Shown: piece by piece, positions 38,195 to 53,092 of the stretch | Layout: each line of letters begins with the position of its first letter | How positions within the stretch are numbered: position 1 is the stretch's first letter | NCBI RefSeq assembly: GCF_963921235.1 | Contig: NC_086107.1 | Location: 113,152,001-113,216,000, forward strand | DNA from: Mobula hypostoma | Taxonomy: Eukaryota | DNA length: 64,000 nt | Direction of reading: 5' to 3' | The notes under the pieces: model-generated | What the model was told of the DNA's origin: nothing | The model's database searches: none | What the model saw: the letters and a program-made list of their open reading frames with translations, nothing else | Translations under genes and position numbers: made by a program

Positions 38195-40385
38195 GTAATA
38201 TTAGAGCATTCCACGTAATCTATCTGCACCACGCCGTCAATGCAGTGATTTCTACGTCTTTCAACCTTTACAACAAAAATACTCCCACAGCTTTTCTGAA
38301 TCTGAATCATGTTTGATTTCACTGATGTATGTTGTGAGATCTGTGGTTTTGCAGCAGCAGTACGGTGCACTCATAAAGAAATGCTACAAATTACAGTAAT
38401 ATATGTATATTTAAATTGAATTAAATTAAATTAGTGGTTAAAAAAAGAAAGGGTTGGTGGGTTCATGGGCTGATTCATTGCCTGTTCAGGAATCTGATGG
38501 CAGAGGGGAAGACGCTGTTCCTGAATCGTTGAGTGTGTGCCTTCAGGCTCCTGTATCTCCTGATGGTAGTGGAGAGAAGAGGGCATGTCCTGGGTGATGG
38601 GGGTCCGTACCGATGGATGCCGCCTTCATGATGCATTGCCCTTTGAAGACGTCCTCGATGTGGGGGAGACTTGTGCCCGTGACAGGGCTGGCTGAGTTTT
38701 ATCCCAAGTGCACCGCAAAGTTTATCAGATCTTATAGCACAAAGGAGGCTATCTGGCCCACCCTGTCCACTCTGGCTCACTGAGGGTTCTGTACGATTAA
38801 TCCCACTCCTCCGAGCCTTCCTCAACTCCCTGCAAACTGCAAGCAATTTGTCCTTTTAAACAATCCTTTCATATCTGCTTCCACTGCCACTACAGGTACG
38901 ACAATATCATGTCAATACCTAGCTCCTCTCTTCCTCTCTCTCTCTATGTGGCTTCTTCTCAACAGCAAACAAATTGCAAGGTTTGTGCACGGAAAGACCT
39001 TGGCCTCGGCCCGAAACATCAGCTATTAATTCCCATCCATAAGTGCTGCCGGACTTGCCAAGCCCCTCCCAGCACGTTTTAAATTTTATTTAGAAATACA
39101 GTGTGCTAACAGGCTAACAAGTACACCCACGTGACTGATTAACTAATTGTTTTAAAAATACTGTTACTGTACCCACCTCTACAGCTTCCCCCGGCCGCTC
39201 ATTCTACACACCCGCCACTCTCTGTGTGAAAAAGTTGCCCCCTGTAAATCTTTCCCCTCTCACCTTAAACTTGACCGAGTTTTTTGAGGAGGTGACGATG
39301 GTGATGACTGAAAGAAAGGGTGGGGATGTTGAGGAACTGTGCATCTTAATAAGGTGTTTGACACGGTCCCTTGTGGTGGACTCACCCAGAAGATTAAGAC
39401 ACTTGCACTGTGGGAGGAAACCAGATCACCCTGAGGAAACCTACACCACACAGTAAGAATGTACTAAATCCTAACCGATGGCGATGGAAATTGAATCTGG
39501 GTCGCTGGCACTGTAGAGAGTTACACAATCCGCTACCGACGTCTGGTTTCACTTGAGGAAGGGTGATAGGCAAATGGAGGATGGGAGAACGGGAATCGCA
39601 ATAGAGGCTGGAAGGGTAGTAGCCGAAGGCAACAAAGGGCTGCTGGCGATGTTAGCGCGATTGCTTCACTGCATCGGTGATCGCCGATCGGGCTCCGATT
39701 TCCGCTGCTGTCTGTAAGGACTTTGTACGTTCTCCCTGTGACCGCATAGATTTGCTCCGGGTGCTCTGGTTTCCTCCCACACTCTGAAGACGTACGGTTT
39801 AGGGTTAGTGAGTCGTGGGCATGCTATGTGGGCACCGGAAGCATTAGTGACACTTGCGGGCGGTCCCACAGCACATCCTCAGACTGCGTTGGTCATTGAA
39901 ACATAAACGACGCGTTTCCCTGCATGTTTCAATGCACAGAGGGCAAAGAAAGTTAATCTTTCAGGATTTGTAATTTGCTGGGATAGCTCGGAAGTTCGGT
40001 ATATTTTGGCATTGGATATTTTGGGCTGATACGTTAGGGAGTTGGGTATTTTGAGGTTCATATTACTTTTGCATTGGACATTTTGGGCTGAGGTGTTTGG
40101 GAGTTGGGTATTTTGAGGTTTATAGTATTTTTGTGTTGGATATTTTGCATTGGGTAGCTTATTTCTTTCAGCCTTGATTTCGGGTTGAGATTGATGAGAT
40201 TGAAGGACACTGAGAAATGACCTGTTGAATTGTCTGATCACAATAACCCTTCGACACTGCTGTTTCTCACCTTTCCAGTATAAGAATCTTGACGTTCGGG
40301 TGAAACGGAAGGAAGGCATTGGGCAAATAAAAAGGTGGAAATTGGAAATTGAAACAGACAAAATGTCTTTAAATTCCCACAAATA

Positions 40386-40934
40386 CACTCAGAGACCACT
40401 TTATTTTCTATCTCCGGTACCTAGTAAGGTGGCCTCTGAGTGTATGTTTGCTGTCTTCTGGTACTGTAACCCATCCACTTCACAATTCGAAATTTTGTGC
40501 ATTCAGAGTTGCTCTTCTGCACACCACTGTTGTAACGTGTGGTTATTTGAGTTACTGTTGCCTTCCTGTCAGCTTGTACCAGTCTGGCCATTCTCCTTTG
40601 ACCTCTCTCATTAACCTCATAGAATCTGCTGCTCACTGGATGTTTTTGGTTTTTTGCACCATTCTTTGTAAACTCTAGAGACTGTTGTGCATGAAAATCT
40701 CAAAAAATCAGCAGTTTCAGAGATACTCAAACCACCCCATCTGGCACCAACAATCATCCCATGGTCAAAGTCACTTAAATCATATTTCTTCCCCATTTTG
40801 ATATCTGGTCTGAACAACAACTAAATCTCTTGACCATGTCTGCATGCTTTTATGCATTGTGTTGCTGCCACATGATTGGCTGATTTGCATCAGTGAGCAA
40901 ATACAGGTGTACCTAATAAATTGGCCTCTGAGTG
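40386..40934 (-). mobile_element. Tc1/mariner-derived MITE (other copies ~17843-18785, ~45740-46225, ~59365-59917, partial ~15512-15660)
   Basis: TA-flanked TIRs of the CACTCAGTGGCCACTTTATTAGG type. Internal remnant MGKKYDLSDFDHGMIVGARWGGLSISETADFLRFSCTTVSRVYKEW (Tc1 N-terminal HTH). Confidence 0.85.
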
Positions 40935-42910
40935 TATATCTCAACGTATACGACAGGCAATTAATTTCTCTGACGTGTGGTCATGGCTGTAAAATAGGTG
41001 TCTCCTGCACATTCCATGGTGAGGCCAGTGTGGCACCAGGGGCCTGATTGGCAGGGGTTACCTGACGGGACAAGCGAGTGGGTAGTTTGGGAGCTGGTGA
41101 ATCCTGTCAGGCCTGCACAAGCAGCCTCCTCCCAGTCTCCACCCAGCTAACAGGAGACACCGCCACTCGTTTCCAACTCATCACCTGCAGCCTATTTAAA
41201 CCCAGCTCTCATCCACAGTCCCTCCGTTCACTCATCAAACCAACCAGCCTCAACCCAAGGCTCCTGGCCTTCAGTTACCTTGTTGCCTGTTGTGTTTAGT
41301 ATCTGTTCTCTCCTGTTTTGTGTCACCTCGTGGCTCATTATTTTACGGTCCATTCTCCAAGTTATCGCTCATCGCTGAATTGTCTCCATTGCTCTGCTTC
41401 TGGGCCAACTCTCCTCCACACTTCCTGACCCATCCCTTCCACAGCTCATTCTGGGATTTCATATGTTTCCAACGTACAGTCTCAGGACCACCCCAAATGC
41501 TCTTTACCACCATCCTAATAAACATCCCAGTCCCCAACTTTTAACTATCCCAGTGTGTGCTGGCAATATCGGAGCCTATCGGAGGAAAGACAGACTCTGG
41601 TGTAGAGACGGTGAGAGTTTATTCATAAGAATTCCAACAGAACATCGGTTGCTCAGCTGAGCGACACTGTGAGACGTAACATTCTCAAAACTAGGACCCT
41701 GCAATTAGTGCTAGTCAGGTGTCCACTTAACCAATACAAGTAAAACAGAATCCCTGAGTCTATCAAAATAAACTTAACAAGTTTAAACAGAAGGGACCAG
41801 GAGACCACATTACAAAGAGCGAGTCGCTGCAGAAAAACACGAGGAACTCTAAACGATTAATGACTCTCGTTATACAACAATTAACCAATTCTGGTGCTCT
41901 GAAAACCGGAGCTCAGTGCTCTCCAGTGCCCCACACAGGCCTGAAGAACTCATTACAATAGCTTTCCCTGTTGTTGACCAATCTGACTGGAGGCCTTGGT
42001 AGAACCATAAAGAGGGCCTTTTTTGCTTGGTTGTCGGTGACTAGTGGTCGGTATGAGGACGGATTCTTTCCACTTTATATGTCAATAATTAGGCTGATGG
42101 AATCGATGCAAAGGTAGGTGGAGGGGCAGGTAGTGTTGAGAAAGCAGGGAGTTTGCAGAAGGACTTGGGCAGTTTAGGAGAACGGGCAAAGAAGAGGCCA
42201 ATAGAATACAGTATTGGGAAGTGTGTGATCATGCTCTTTGGTGGAAGGAATAAAGGTGTGGACTATTTGCTAAATGGACCAAATTCAGAAAGGCAGGATC
42301 AGAATCAGGTTTGTAATATCACTGGCACATGTCGTGAAATTTGTTGTTTTACAGCAGCAATACAATGCAATGTATAATAGAAAAACTGCAAGAACTACAA
42401 ATTACAATAAGATATATAAATAAGAAATGCAAAAAGAGCAAAAAGTTGTAAGATAGTGTTCATGCATTTAAAGTCTGTTCAGAAATCAAATGGCGGAGGG
42501 GAAGAAGCTGTTCCTGAATCGTTGAGTGTGTGTCTTCAGGCACCTGTACCTCCTCCCTGACGGTAGCAATGAGAAGAGGGTGTGACCTGGGTGATGGGTG
42601 TCCTTCATGATGGACGCTTCCCATTTGAGGCATCGCTGTTTGAAGATGTCCTCGATGCTGGGGAGGCTATTCCCCTTGACGGAGCTGGTGACTGAGTTTA
42701 CAATATTCTGCAGCTTCTTCCGACCCTGTGCAGCGGCCTCTCCATACCATTCTTGGTTTGTTGTGGGAATAAATATGAAACAGTATTTAGCAAGCAACCC
42801 CACCCCCTCCATCACCCCTTCCGCCCTTCACCCTGCATATTGACTTTGTGGAGCCCTTTACACCATGCTGAGGGAGAAAGCGGCTTCATTTATACCTCAC
42901 CTGAATGATC

Positions 42911-42937
42911 AGAGAGAAAACGAGAGAGAAGGGAGAG

Positions 42938-43010
<73 letters not shown>

Positions 43011-43195
43011 GAGAGAAACAGAGAGAAACAGAGAGAGAGACAGCGTAACAGAAAGTGAGACAGACAGAGAGAGAGATAAAGAGAGAGACAGCAGGAGAAA
43101 GAGACAGAGAGATAAAGAGCAAGACAGAGAGAGAGAGAGAAAGAGAGTCAGAGAGAGAGATAAAGAGCGAGACAGAGAGAGAGAGAAGGGGGAGA
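42911..43195 (+). repeat. Compound (GA)n/(GACA) purine-rich microsatellite
   Basis: Directly visible; source of the spurious ER/SL-repeat ORFs. Confidence 0.95.
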
Positions 43196-43488
43196 AAGCT
43201 GGAGAATGGGCCATGGTTGAGTGGGCCGAATGGCATTATTCTGTTCCTATGTCTTACGGGGCATGGGATTTTTGGTGGTTGAACAAGCATAGGGGACAGT
43301 ATTAGGGTTTTAAAGGGATTGGAGTTTTTAGAATTAGGTTTGAGATATAGTTGTTGGTACAAAGATGTTGGGAAAGGAGCTGTTTAAAAGCCAAAGCAAT
43401 GGAAGATCAAAAGGAACAGGGATTGGTGGGCTGGTAAACCATGTTCAGCTGGAGTGGTCGGAGGTAATTCTCCAATTTCCGTCCCTAG

Positions 43489-43636
43489 GCACCCGGTTCC
43501 ATGAAGCCATTGTGCGTCTTGTTGGTCCTCACTGCGTGCTTGAGGGTTTCGAGCTCCCGGACAGCGGAGACCCTGTGTGGGGGAGACCTGGTGGATACTC
43601 TGCAGTTCATCTGTGCGGACAGAGGCTTTTACTTTG
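43489..43636 (+). CDS. igf2: IGF coding exon 2: signal peptide plus B domain
   Basis: ttccgtccctag|GCA acceptor; [49 protein letters not shown]; phase-1 donor G|GTGAGA. Missing from the ORF track. Confidence 0.95.
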
Positions 43637-44194
43637 GTGAGAACCCTTCCCCTCCCTCCCTGTGTTTTTAACTATCCCAAGTTCTTTGAATTACCAGTCA
43701 TTGATGACCTGTTCAATTTGTGGAGCAACAAAAAATGCCTTCCTTAATCTTGGCACCAGTTATTCTGACTTGATTTATGAATTGAAATAACAAATGTAGG
43801 CAATTTCAAAAACAGGCCTTGTGATAGGGAAATTTCATGGTGATTTTCATGACCAGCAGCCCAAAATCAGTAAGATACACACATAAGTACCCAGGAAGCA
43901 AAATCCTTATCATCCAGTGTTAATGAAGAGTGTACCACTCTGGTGGGGATGGGGGTGGGGGGAGTCACGTGAGTTCCTATTGGTTTTATGGAACTCAATG
44001 GGACGCTCCCTAACGGATTGATTATGGAAGGAAGAATGAAAGGCATTTCATGGCTTATTCTGGTCATTTTTTTTTACTTTGCATAATGTTTATTTTGATA
44101 AATAAAAGGATCCAAAATACTAGGAGAAACATCCCTCTTTGTCCCCTTAGCCTCACATCATTTCTCTGCAAGTCAAAACATTTCTCTTCCCTAA

Positions 44195-45490
44195 ACACAA
44201 GAGGTTCTGCAGGTGCCGGAAATCCAGAGCAACACACTAACAAAATGCTGGAGGAACTCAACAGGCCAGGCAGCTTCTGTGGAGAGGGGAAAAAGAGTTG
44301 TTGTCTCAGGTCGTGATCCTTTTTCAGGATTGGAAAGGAAAACACCAGAATAAAAAGGTGGGAGAAGGGGAAGGAGGTTAGTTGTAAGGTGATAGGTGAT
44401 TTGTGGCTGTGCTAACGGGTCAGGGTGAGTACATGCTTGAAGATTCAGGGGGCAGCAGAGATCATAGAGGGGCAGGGTCTCACTGAACTTCTGTCAAGGA
44501 GAAGATTTAAACTTCTCCAGGGTAGGCATCCCTCGAAGAGACTTTGCAGTGGAGCAACAAATCATAGGCACAAGAGATTCTGCAGATGCTGGAAATCCAA
44601 AGCAACCCACACACAGTGCTGGAGGAACTCAGTAGGCCGGAAGCATCCATGGAGAGGAATAAGGAATCAATATTTTGGGCTGAGTCCCTTTACCAGGACT
44701 GGAATAGAAGCCAGAATAAGAAGGTGAGGGGTACAACATGGATAGGTGAAGCCAGTGAGAGGGGAGATGGGTGGGGGAAGGGAAGATGAAGTAAGAAGCT
44801 GGGAGGTGATAGGTGGAAAAGGAAAAGGGCTGAAGAAGAAGGAATCTGATAGGAGAGGAGAGCGGACCACCGGGGAATGGGAAGGAGAAGGGGCACCAGG
44901 AGGAGGTGATGGGCAGATGAGGAGAAGAGGCCAGAGTGGGGAATGGAGAAGGAGAGGAAAAGGAGGGGTTAAAATTGGAGAAATCGATGTATTGGAGGCT
45001 ATCCAGACAGAATATGAGGTGTTGCTCCTCCAACCAGAGGGTGGCCTCATTGAGGCAACAGAGGAAGCAATGGATCCGCGTGTTGGAATGGGAATGGGGA
45101 ATGAATTTAAATGATTGGCCACCAGATAGAGCAAAGATGTTCAACATAAAATAATCTGCAGATGCTGTTGTCAAAGGAACACTCACAATGTGCTGGAGGA
45201 ACTCAGCAGGTCAGTCAGCATCAGTTGAAAAGATTAGTTGACGTTTCGGGCCGAAACCCTTCGTCAGGACTGAAGGAAGAACTTTGGGGAGGGTTTGAAG
45301 AATGCTGGTAGTTGAAAAAAACAGTAATTTTAAAGACAAAGGGGTGGGCAAGAGGAAGCAGGGAGGTGATTGGCAGGCGAACAATGCGCAGTAGTAGAAG
45401 GAGGCGGAACTATGAGGGAGGTGATGTGAAATAGGGATAGAGGAAGGGAGGGGGAGGGAATTACCGGAAGTTGCGGAATTCTATGTTCAT
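44195..45490 (-). mobile_element. Cluster of Penelope-like fragments in IGF intron 2
   Basis: EATLWLEEQHLIFCL remnant and several pLTR copies, including a hammerhead motif at ~45236-45272. Confidence 0.75.
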
Positions 45491-47924
45491 AGATGTTCAA
45501 CCCTGGAAGTTCATCAACCTGAAATGGAAGCTGGCTATCTCTCACAGCAGATGCTGCCCGGCCTGCTGAGTGTTCTCTGTTTTTATTTTGGATTTCCAGC
45601 ATGTGCAGTATTTTGCTTTATATTTTATCTTGCTCTGTACTTTTGCATGCCATCATTATATCGGCTTGCAGAGAAGAACGTTCATGTACAGCCCATTTCT
45701 GGGACATCCTGATCCCTCATTCAAATAATGACTGAGCGTACGGCATGTTCCTGGTCTTCTGCCACTGTAGTCCACATTGTTCTGATGTATTGCGTATTCA
45801 GAAATGCTCTTCTGCACCCCACTGTTGTAACACACAGTTACTTGAGTTACTGTCGCCTTCCTGTCAGCTTAAACCAGTCTGGCCTTTCTCCTTGGACCTC
45901 TCCCATTAAAACAAGGTGTTTTCGCCCACAGACCTGCCCCTCGCTGGATTTTTTTTTTTTTGTTTTTCACACCATTCTCTGTAATCTCTAGAGACTGTTG
46001 TGTGTGAAAATCCCAGGAGATCAGCAGTTTCTGAGATGCTCAAACCACCCCATCTGGCGCCAACAATCATTCCGTGGTCAAAGTCACATAGATCACATTT
46101 CGTCCTCATTTTGATGTTGGTTTGAACAACTGAACCTCTTGACCATGTCTGCATGCTTTTATGCACTGAGTTGCTGCCACATGATTGGTTGATTAGACAA
46201 TTGTATTAATGGGCAGGTGCACAGGTGGGAGTCCTGACTGGGTGTTTTTAACCTGGTGTCAATCCAAGAGGGCTTTGTGTACGTTTTACCATGTAGGGTA
46301 CCATGAGGTTGTCATGGTGATGTAGTGATTAGCACAACACTATTACAGTTTGGGCCATTGGAGTTTGGAGTTCAATTCCAGCATCCTCTGGAGGAAAGTT
46401 CGTGCATTCTTCCCGTGTACATTGGGTTTCCTCCAGTTTCCAAAGATGTACCGGTTAGTAGGTTAATTGGTCATTGTAAATTGTCCCATGATTAGGCTAG
46501 GGTTAAATAGGTGGGTTGTTGAGTGGCACTCTAAGGGCCTGTTTCGTGCCGGATCTCTAAATTAAAAAAGAATAAGAGGACTGAAGTTCAAGGCGAGAGT
46601 CAGAAGTTTTAAAGGAGATTTGTGGGGTAAGTTTTTTTTATAACAGAGAGGGTTGTTAATATTTGAAAATCACTTCCAGAGGATGAAGTGGAATTATCTA
46701 CAATCACAATGTTTAAGAAGTATTTAGATAGACATTTGAAAAAGAATTACATAGGAAGATAAATATACCCAATGACTTGACCTCCACAGAGAGCTGTGGA
46801 GACCTGAGTCATTGGATAAATTGAAAGTGGAGGTTGATAGGTTCTTGATTAGTAAGGGCTTCAAAGCTTATGGGGAGAAGGTAGGAGAATGGGGTTGAGG
46901 GGGAAAATGAATCAGCCATGATGGAACGATGGGGCAGACAAAGTGGTCTGACTCCTGCTCCTATGTCTTATAGCCCTTATATGGAGCTAAGGAGAGCAAT
47001 TGGATTTGCGCTGATGGGCAAAAAAGGTCAGCCTGGACCTGGGGACCATTTCTGTGCCTATGGCTCTAGTCTCCTTCCAGCTGACCAATTTGCTAACCAA
47101 TCTCTAACCTCGGCCATGTCTTTAGTACTCACGGAGAATGACGTCCCGTAGCATCCTGCGGCCCGCGGACTAAAGCCCCTGTTCTGTCGTATCTTACAAG
47201 ATCTCACAAAGCAGCAGTATGTTAACGATCGGATCAATTGATAAATATTGAGCTGAGTCTCTGGGGAGAGCTCCCTTTCTTTGGGTCATATTTACATTTG
47301 TTAGGTGATGTTTACACACGGTGTGGCAGGGGGTGGGAGTGCTGACTGGGTGTATTTAACCTGATGTCAGTTCAAGAGGGCATGTTTGCCTGGCTTTGCT
47401 CATGGTCAACAGGTCCTGAAGCTTCATGGAAAGCTAGACGATAGATTAATTAAAGTATTCGCAATGTTTTGGGACAACCTCCATTCAGTATTTCATCTGC
47501 TCTCTGTCTGATTGCCAGCAGCAAGTATGACATATTAGGGAAAATTTTGGTGGCCCTCTATCTTTTAAAAACTAATTTCTCTAAATTGCCCAACACACAG
47601 AAAATACCAGCGGAACGCGACCACTTTCAGATTCAGATTCGGCCGATGTTTCACGCTTACAGTGAAAGTCAGGCAGCATCAATGGAGGGGAATAAACAGT
47701 CGATGCTTTGGCCAAGACTCTTCATCGGGACCGGAGAAAAAAGAGGGCAGAAACCAGAGTAACAAGGCTTGGGGGAGAGAGGACAGAGTACTAGCTGGTA
47801 GGTGATAGGTGAGACCAGGTGAGGGGGAAGATACCCTTTCCTTTCCAGACCTGGTGAAGGGTCTCAGGCCGAAACATCGATTGCTTATCTCCCTCCACAC
47901 ATACTCCCTGTCCTGCTGAGTCCT

Positions 47925-48690
47925 CGGAATCAGGCTTATTATCATCGGCATGTGACGTGAAATTTGTGAACTTAGCAGCAGCAGTTCAATGCAATACCTA
48001 ATCTAGCAGAGACAGAGAGAGAAAAAATAACAATAAATAAAATAAAACATAATAAATAAGTAAATCAATTGCATATATTGAATTGATTATTAAAAATGTG
48101 CAAAGAGAGACATGCTGTATATTAAAGTAAGTGAGGTAGTGTCCAAAGCTTCAAAGTCCATCTAGGAATCGTTTGGCAGAGGGGAAGAAGCTGTTCCTGA
48201 ATCACTGAGTGTGCGTCTTCAGGCTGCACTGTCTGAGTCAGTGGTGGAGGCAGATACACTAGTGAAGTTTAAGAGACTACTAGACAGGTATATGGAGGAA
48301 TTTAAGGTGGGGGCTTATATGGGAGGCAGGGTTTGAGGGTCGGCACAACATTGTGGGCCGAAGGGCCTGTACTGTGCTGTACTATTCTATGTTTCTGTAC
48401 CTCCTACCTGATGGTAACAGTGAGAAAAGGGCATGCCCTGGGTGCTGGCGGTCTTTAATAATGGACGCTGCCTTTCTGAGACACAGCTCCCTGAAGATGT
48501 CCTGGGTACTTTGTAGGCTAGTACCCAAGATGGAGCCGACTGGATTTACTGCAGCTTCTTTCGGTCCTGTGCAGCAGCCCCTCCATACCAGATGGTGATA
48601 CAGCCTGTCAGAATGCTCTCCACAGTACAGCTATAGAAGTATTTGAGCGTATTTGTTGAAATGCCAAATTGCTTCAAACTCCTAATAAAG
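47925..48690 (-). mobile_element. Rex1/Babar-like LINE 3' fragment with nested CR1 tail
   Basis: Near-identical to the 29645-31140 copy. Confidence 0.8.
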
Positions 48691-50446
48691 TGTGGTTGAG
48701 ATTATCTGGGCAGTGGGCGAGCCAGCCCTCTTGTTTTTTTTGATTTTGTCATTTGAGATTCAGTGTCATGCAACCCTACCACTTTGATCTGGCCCACGCC
48801 TTCACTAACCAGGTCCAACACTTGCCTTTATTAGATCTTGCCCCTCCTTCCACAAGTTATCGGGATTGTGGGGGTGTGGCCAGGGTTAATCGTGGTGTGC
48901 CTAGGGTTAGTGGGGGTATGTGCCCATTTGGACTTTAGGGTTAGGTTTGAGGGTAGGAATGACGGGTTTATCTCTAGGGCCAGGAGAGGTAAAGTTGTGG
49001 TGTTTTGTGTGGTGAGGTTTGAGGTGCTATGGCAGATAGGGCAGTGTAGTGGAGCCAGTTTATCCAGCATCTGCAGGATCTCTTGTGATTATAAATCGCC
49101 CTCCCACTCTCATCGCCATTACACTTTATTCTCCATTGTTATTGTTTTACCTTGTTCTACCTCAATGCACTGTGTAATGATCTGATCTGTTTGAACAGTA
49201 TGGTCCTGCTGAAGGGCCTCAGCCTGAAACATTAACTATTTATTCCTTTTCATAAATGCTGCCTTCCCTGTCGAGTTTTAATTTTAATTTTATTTAGAGA
49301 ATTGGCCCTTCTGGCAAATAAGCCACACCTCCCAGCAGCCCACCGATTTAACTCTAGCCCAATCACACAGTTTACAGTGACCAGTTAACCTACCAACCGT
49401 TAGGTCTTTGGACTGGAATAAACAAGAGTTTGATCTTTCCTACGGTGGGGGAGTCTAAGACCAGAGGACACAGACTCAGAATAGAGGGACGTCTATTACA
49501 ACAGAGATGAGGAGGAATTTCTTTAGCCAGAGGGTAGTGAATCTGTGGAATTCTTTGCCTCAGGCAACTGTGGTGGCCAAGTCTTTATGGATATTTAAGG
49601 CAGAGGTTGATAGATTATTGATTGGTCAGGGCATGAGGGATACGGGGAGAAGGCAGGAGACTGGGGTTGAGGGGGTAAATGGATCAGCCATGATGAAATG
49701 ATGGAGAAGACTTGATGGGCCAAATGGCCTAATTCTTCTCCTATATCTTTTGGCCTTATGATCTTATAGTCCCCCAGAAGAAACCTACGTGGTCGTGAGG
49801 AGAACATACAAACTTCTTACCGATGGTGCTGGAATTGAACTCCAAACTCTGGCGATCCGGCTGTGATAGCATCGCACTAACCACTACACTACCATTCCTC
49901 CAGCACTTTGTGTGCTTAGCAAGACAAGCTTTTCACTCTTCCTTGATGCAAGGCTGAGCATCCGAGTTGCAAGAAAAAATTGGATAGCTTAGGACTTTAT
50001 CCCCTGGAGCGTAGAAGATTGAGGGGAGATTTGATAGAGGTATACAAAATTATAAGGAGTATAGATTGGGTAAATGCAGGCAGGCTTTTTCCATGAGGTT
50101 GAGTGGGACGACAACCAGAGGTCATGGGTTAAGGGTGAAAGGTGAAAAGTTTAAGGGGAACATGAGGGAAAACTAGTTCACACAGTACTTTTCTATGACT
50201 CTGTGACTCTACGTGTGAAAATAATAAATGATGTGATATTTACTCAGCTCTGCACAGAACTGAGGCTGAGGCTGCGGCCTACACCGGCTGCTCCGGGTTT
50301 GTGTCTGTGGGCTCACTTTCATTCTGAATGCTACTTGCTTACTTTTATTGTTTGAATGATTTGGGTATTTGATGGTATACTTTTTTACGGGTTCTATGTT
50401 TTGTGACTGCCTGTAAGGAGACAAATTTCAAGGTTGTATTATATAT

Positions 50447-51765
50447 AAGACCATAAGACATAGGAGCAGAAGTAGGCCATTCAGCCCATCGAGGCAGCTC
50501 CACTGTTCCATCATGGCTGATCCCGGATCCCACTCAACCCCATACACCCGCCTTCTCGCCATACCCCGACCAATCAGGAAACGATTAACTTCCACCTTAA
50601 ATGGCCTCCACCGCAGTCTGTGGCAGAGCATTCCACAGATTCACTACTCTCGGGCTAAAAAAAATCCTCCTTATCTCTGTTCTAAAGGGTTGTCCCACCA
50701 GAGGAAACATCCCCTCCACATCCACCTTTCAACATTCGGTAGATTTCAATGAGATTCTCCCACCCGCATTCTTCTAAATTCCAGTGAGTAAAGGCTGCCA
50801 AAAGCTCCCCATATGTTAACCCCTTCATTCCCGGATTCATCCTCGTGAACCTCCTTTGGTTTCTCCCCAATAACAACACATCCTTTCTGAGATAAGGGGC
50901 CCAAAACTGTTGACAATACTACAAATGTGGTCTGACTAATGTCTTATAAAAGCTCAGCATTATCTCTTCGCTTTTATATTCTATTCCCCTTGAAATTAAT
51001 GGCAACACTGCATTTGCCTTCTTTACCACAGACTCAACCTGTAAATTAACCTTCTGGGAATCCTGCACAAAAACTCTTAAATCCCTCTGCACCTCTAATG
51101 TTTGAACTTTCTCCCCATTTAGATAATAGTCTGCACTATTGTTCCTTTTACCAAAATGCATTACCATACATTTCCCAATACTGTATTCCATCTGCCACTT
51201 TTTTGCCCATTCCTCATTCTTCCTGCTGCAATCACACTGCTTCCTCAGCACTACCTAGCCCTCTACCTATCTTTGTATCATCTGCAAACTTTGCCACACA
51301 GCCATCAATTCCATATCTAAATCATTGACAAACAATGTGAAAAGTAGCAGTCCCAGTACCTACCCCTGAGTCACTGGCAGTCAACCAGAAAAACCCTTTT
51401 ATTCCCACTCACTTCCTCCTGCCTGTCAGCCATTCCTCAATGCATGCCAGTATCTTTCCTGTAATGCCACAGGATTTTATCTTGTTAAGCTGCCCCATGT
51501 GTGGCACCTTATCAAATGCCTTCTGAAAATCCAAGTAAATGACTTCCACTGCCTCTCCTTTGTCCACCCTGCTTGTTACTAACTCTAAGAGATTTGTCAG
51601 GAAAGATTTCCCTTTACAGAAACCATGCTGACTTTGACTTATTTTATCATTAGTCCCCAAGCACCTCGAAACCCCATCCTTAATAATAGACTCCACTTTC
51701 CCAACCAATGAGGTTAGACTAATTAGCCTATAATTTCCTTTCTTTTGCTTTTCTCCCTTCTTAAA
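50447..51765 (-). mobile_element. CR1-type LINE fragment
   Basis: GNYRLISLTSLVGK...SQHGFCKGKSFLTNL...YLDFQKAFDKVPH and WAKKWQMEYSIGKC motifs. Confidence 0.88.
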
Positions 51766-53092
51766 AAGTATACCTTGAACTTTGAACCTAAGATATCGGA
51801 ACAGAATCAGGCTATTCATCCCATCCGATCCTGCCTGATTCATTATCTCTCTAGGCTGTGTGGAGAGGGGGAACCGGCTACATGGGCAACAACTTGCTCT
51901 CCATATCGTACTGCCCTGGTTTGCGTACTGGTTTGTGTATCATGTAGACAACTGAGACGCAACAACCATGGTCAACCCCGATCGAAGGAGGGTCTGAACA
52001 GCCACACCTTAAAATCTCTCTCCCTTTAAAAAAAGCTAAATCAGTGATCCTGACTCAATGTCATCATGTATTTCTCACAACACACACAGAAAATGCTGGT
52101 GAACGCAGCAGGCCTTCTATAGGAAGATGCTGCCTGGCCTGCTGTGTTCACCAGCATTTTTTGTGTGTGTTGCTTGAATTTCCAGAATCTGCAAATTTCC
52201 TCGTGTTTATGTATTTCTCACGATCAATCACTGGCAATTTAATTTTTTTTAATCCAAATTTCCACATCTCATCCACACAAGGCACACTCTCAACGATTCA
52301 GGAACAGCTCCTTCCCCTCTGCCATTTGATTTCTGAATGGTCATTGAACCCATGAACACTACCTCACTACTTTCTTATTTCTATTTTTGCACTAATTTAA
52401 CTATGTTATATATATAATACTTACTGTAATTCACAGTTTTTTCAATTATGATGTATTGTATTGTACTGCTGCTGGAAAGACAACAATTTCACAATATATA
52501 CCGGTGATATTAAACCTGATTCTGATTCTGACTCTAAATAATTCTGAATTCTGATACCAATAATCCAGCCTTTTGAGCCAAGTTGGAAAATAAACACATT
52601 TTTGAATCTTGAACTACTGAGTATACAAAGACTTCTGTAACAATGAAGCAAAGGGATACTGAGTACAATGCTAGGTGTGGGATAATAATACTTTCAAAGA
52701 GCTAGTACAGGAACGATGAGCTGAATGGCCTCACATTCTGTTGTATTCCAAGATTCCGGAAATGAAAAAAATTCTCCTTCAGCCTATTTGTTCATAGTGA
52801 TTAAATAGAGCACGTTACAAGCTCTAGGTCTGTGCTGGATTAGGATACATGCAGAGTAAAGCTTCCATTACACTTACACACTGAATGCTCCCAGGACAGG
52901 GCTGGTGTTAGATACAGAGTGAAGCTTATATACACAAGAGATTCTGCAGATGCTAGAAATCCAGAGCAACACACACATGCAAAATGCTGGAAGAATTCAA
53001 TAGGTCAGGCAGCATCTGTGGAAGGGAATACCCCCTCCATAGGTGCAGCACGATCTGCTCAGTTTCTCCAGCATTCTGGGTCTGTGGCTCCA

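Noticed and set aside
41028..41940. Two further LTR-like segments (~41028-41430 and ~41554-41937)
   Set aside because: TATA/poly(A)-like words are present, but termini and TSDs could not be established.
42865..43362. ER-rich and SL-rich ORFs
   Set aside because: Translations of a (GA)n microsatellite.
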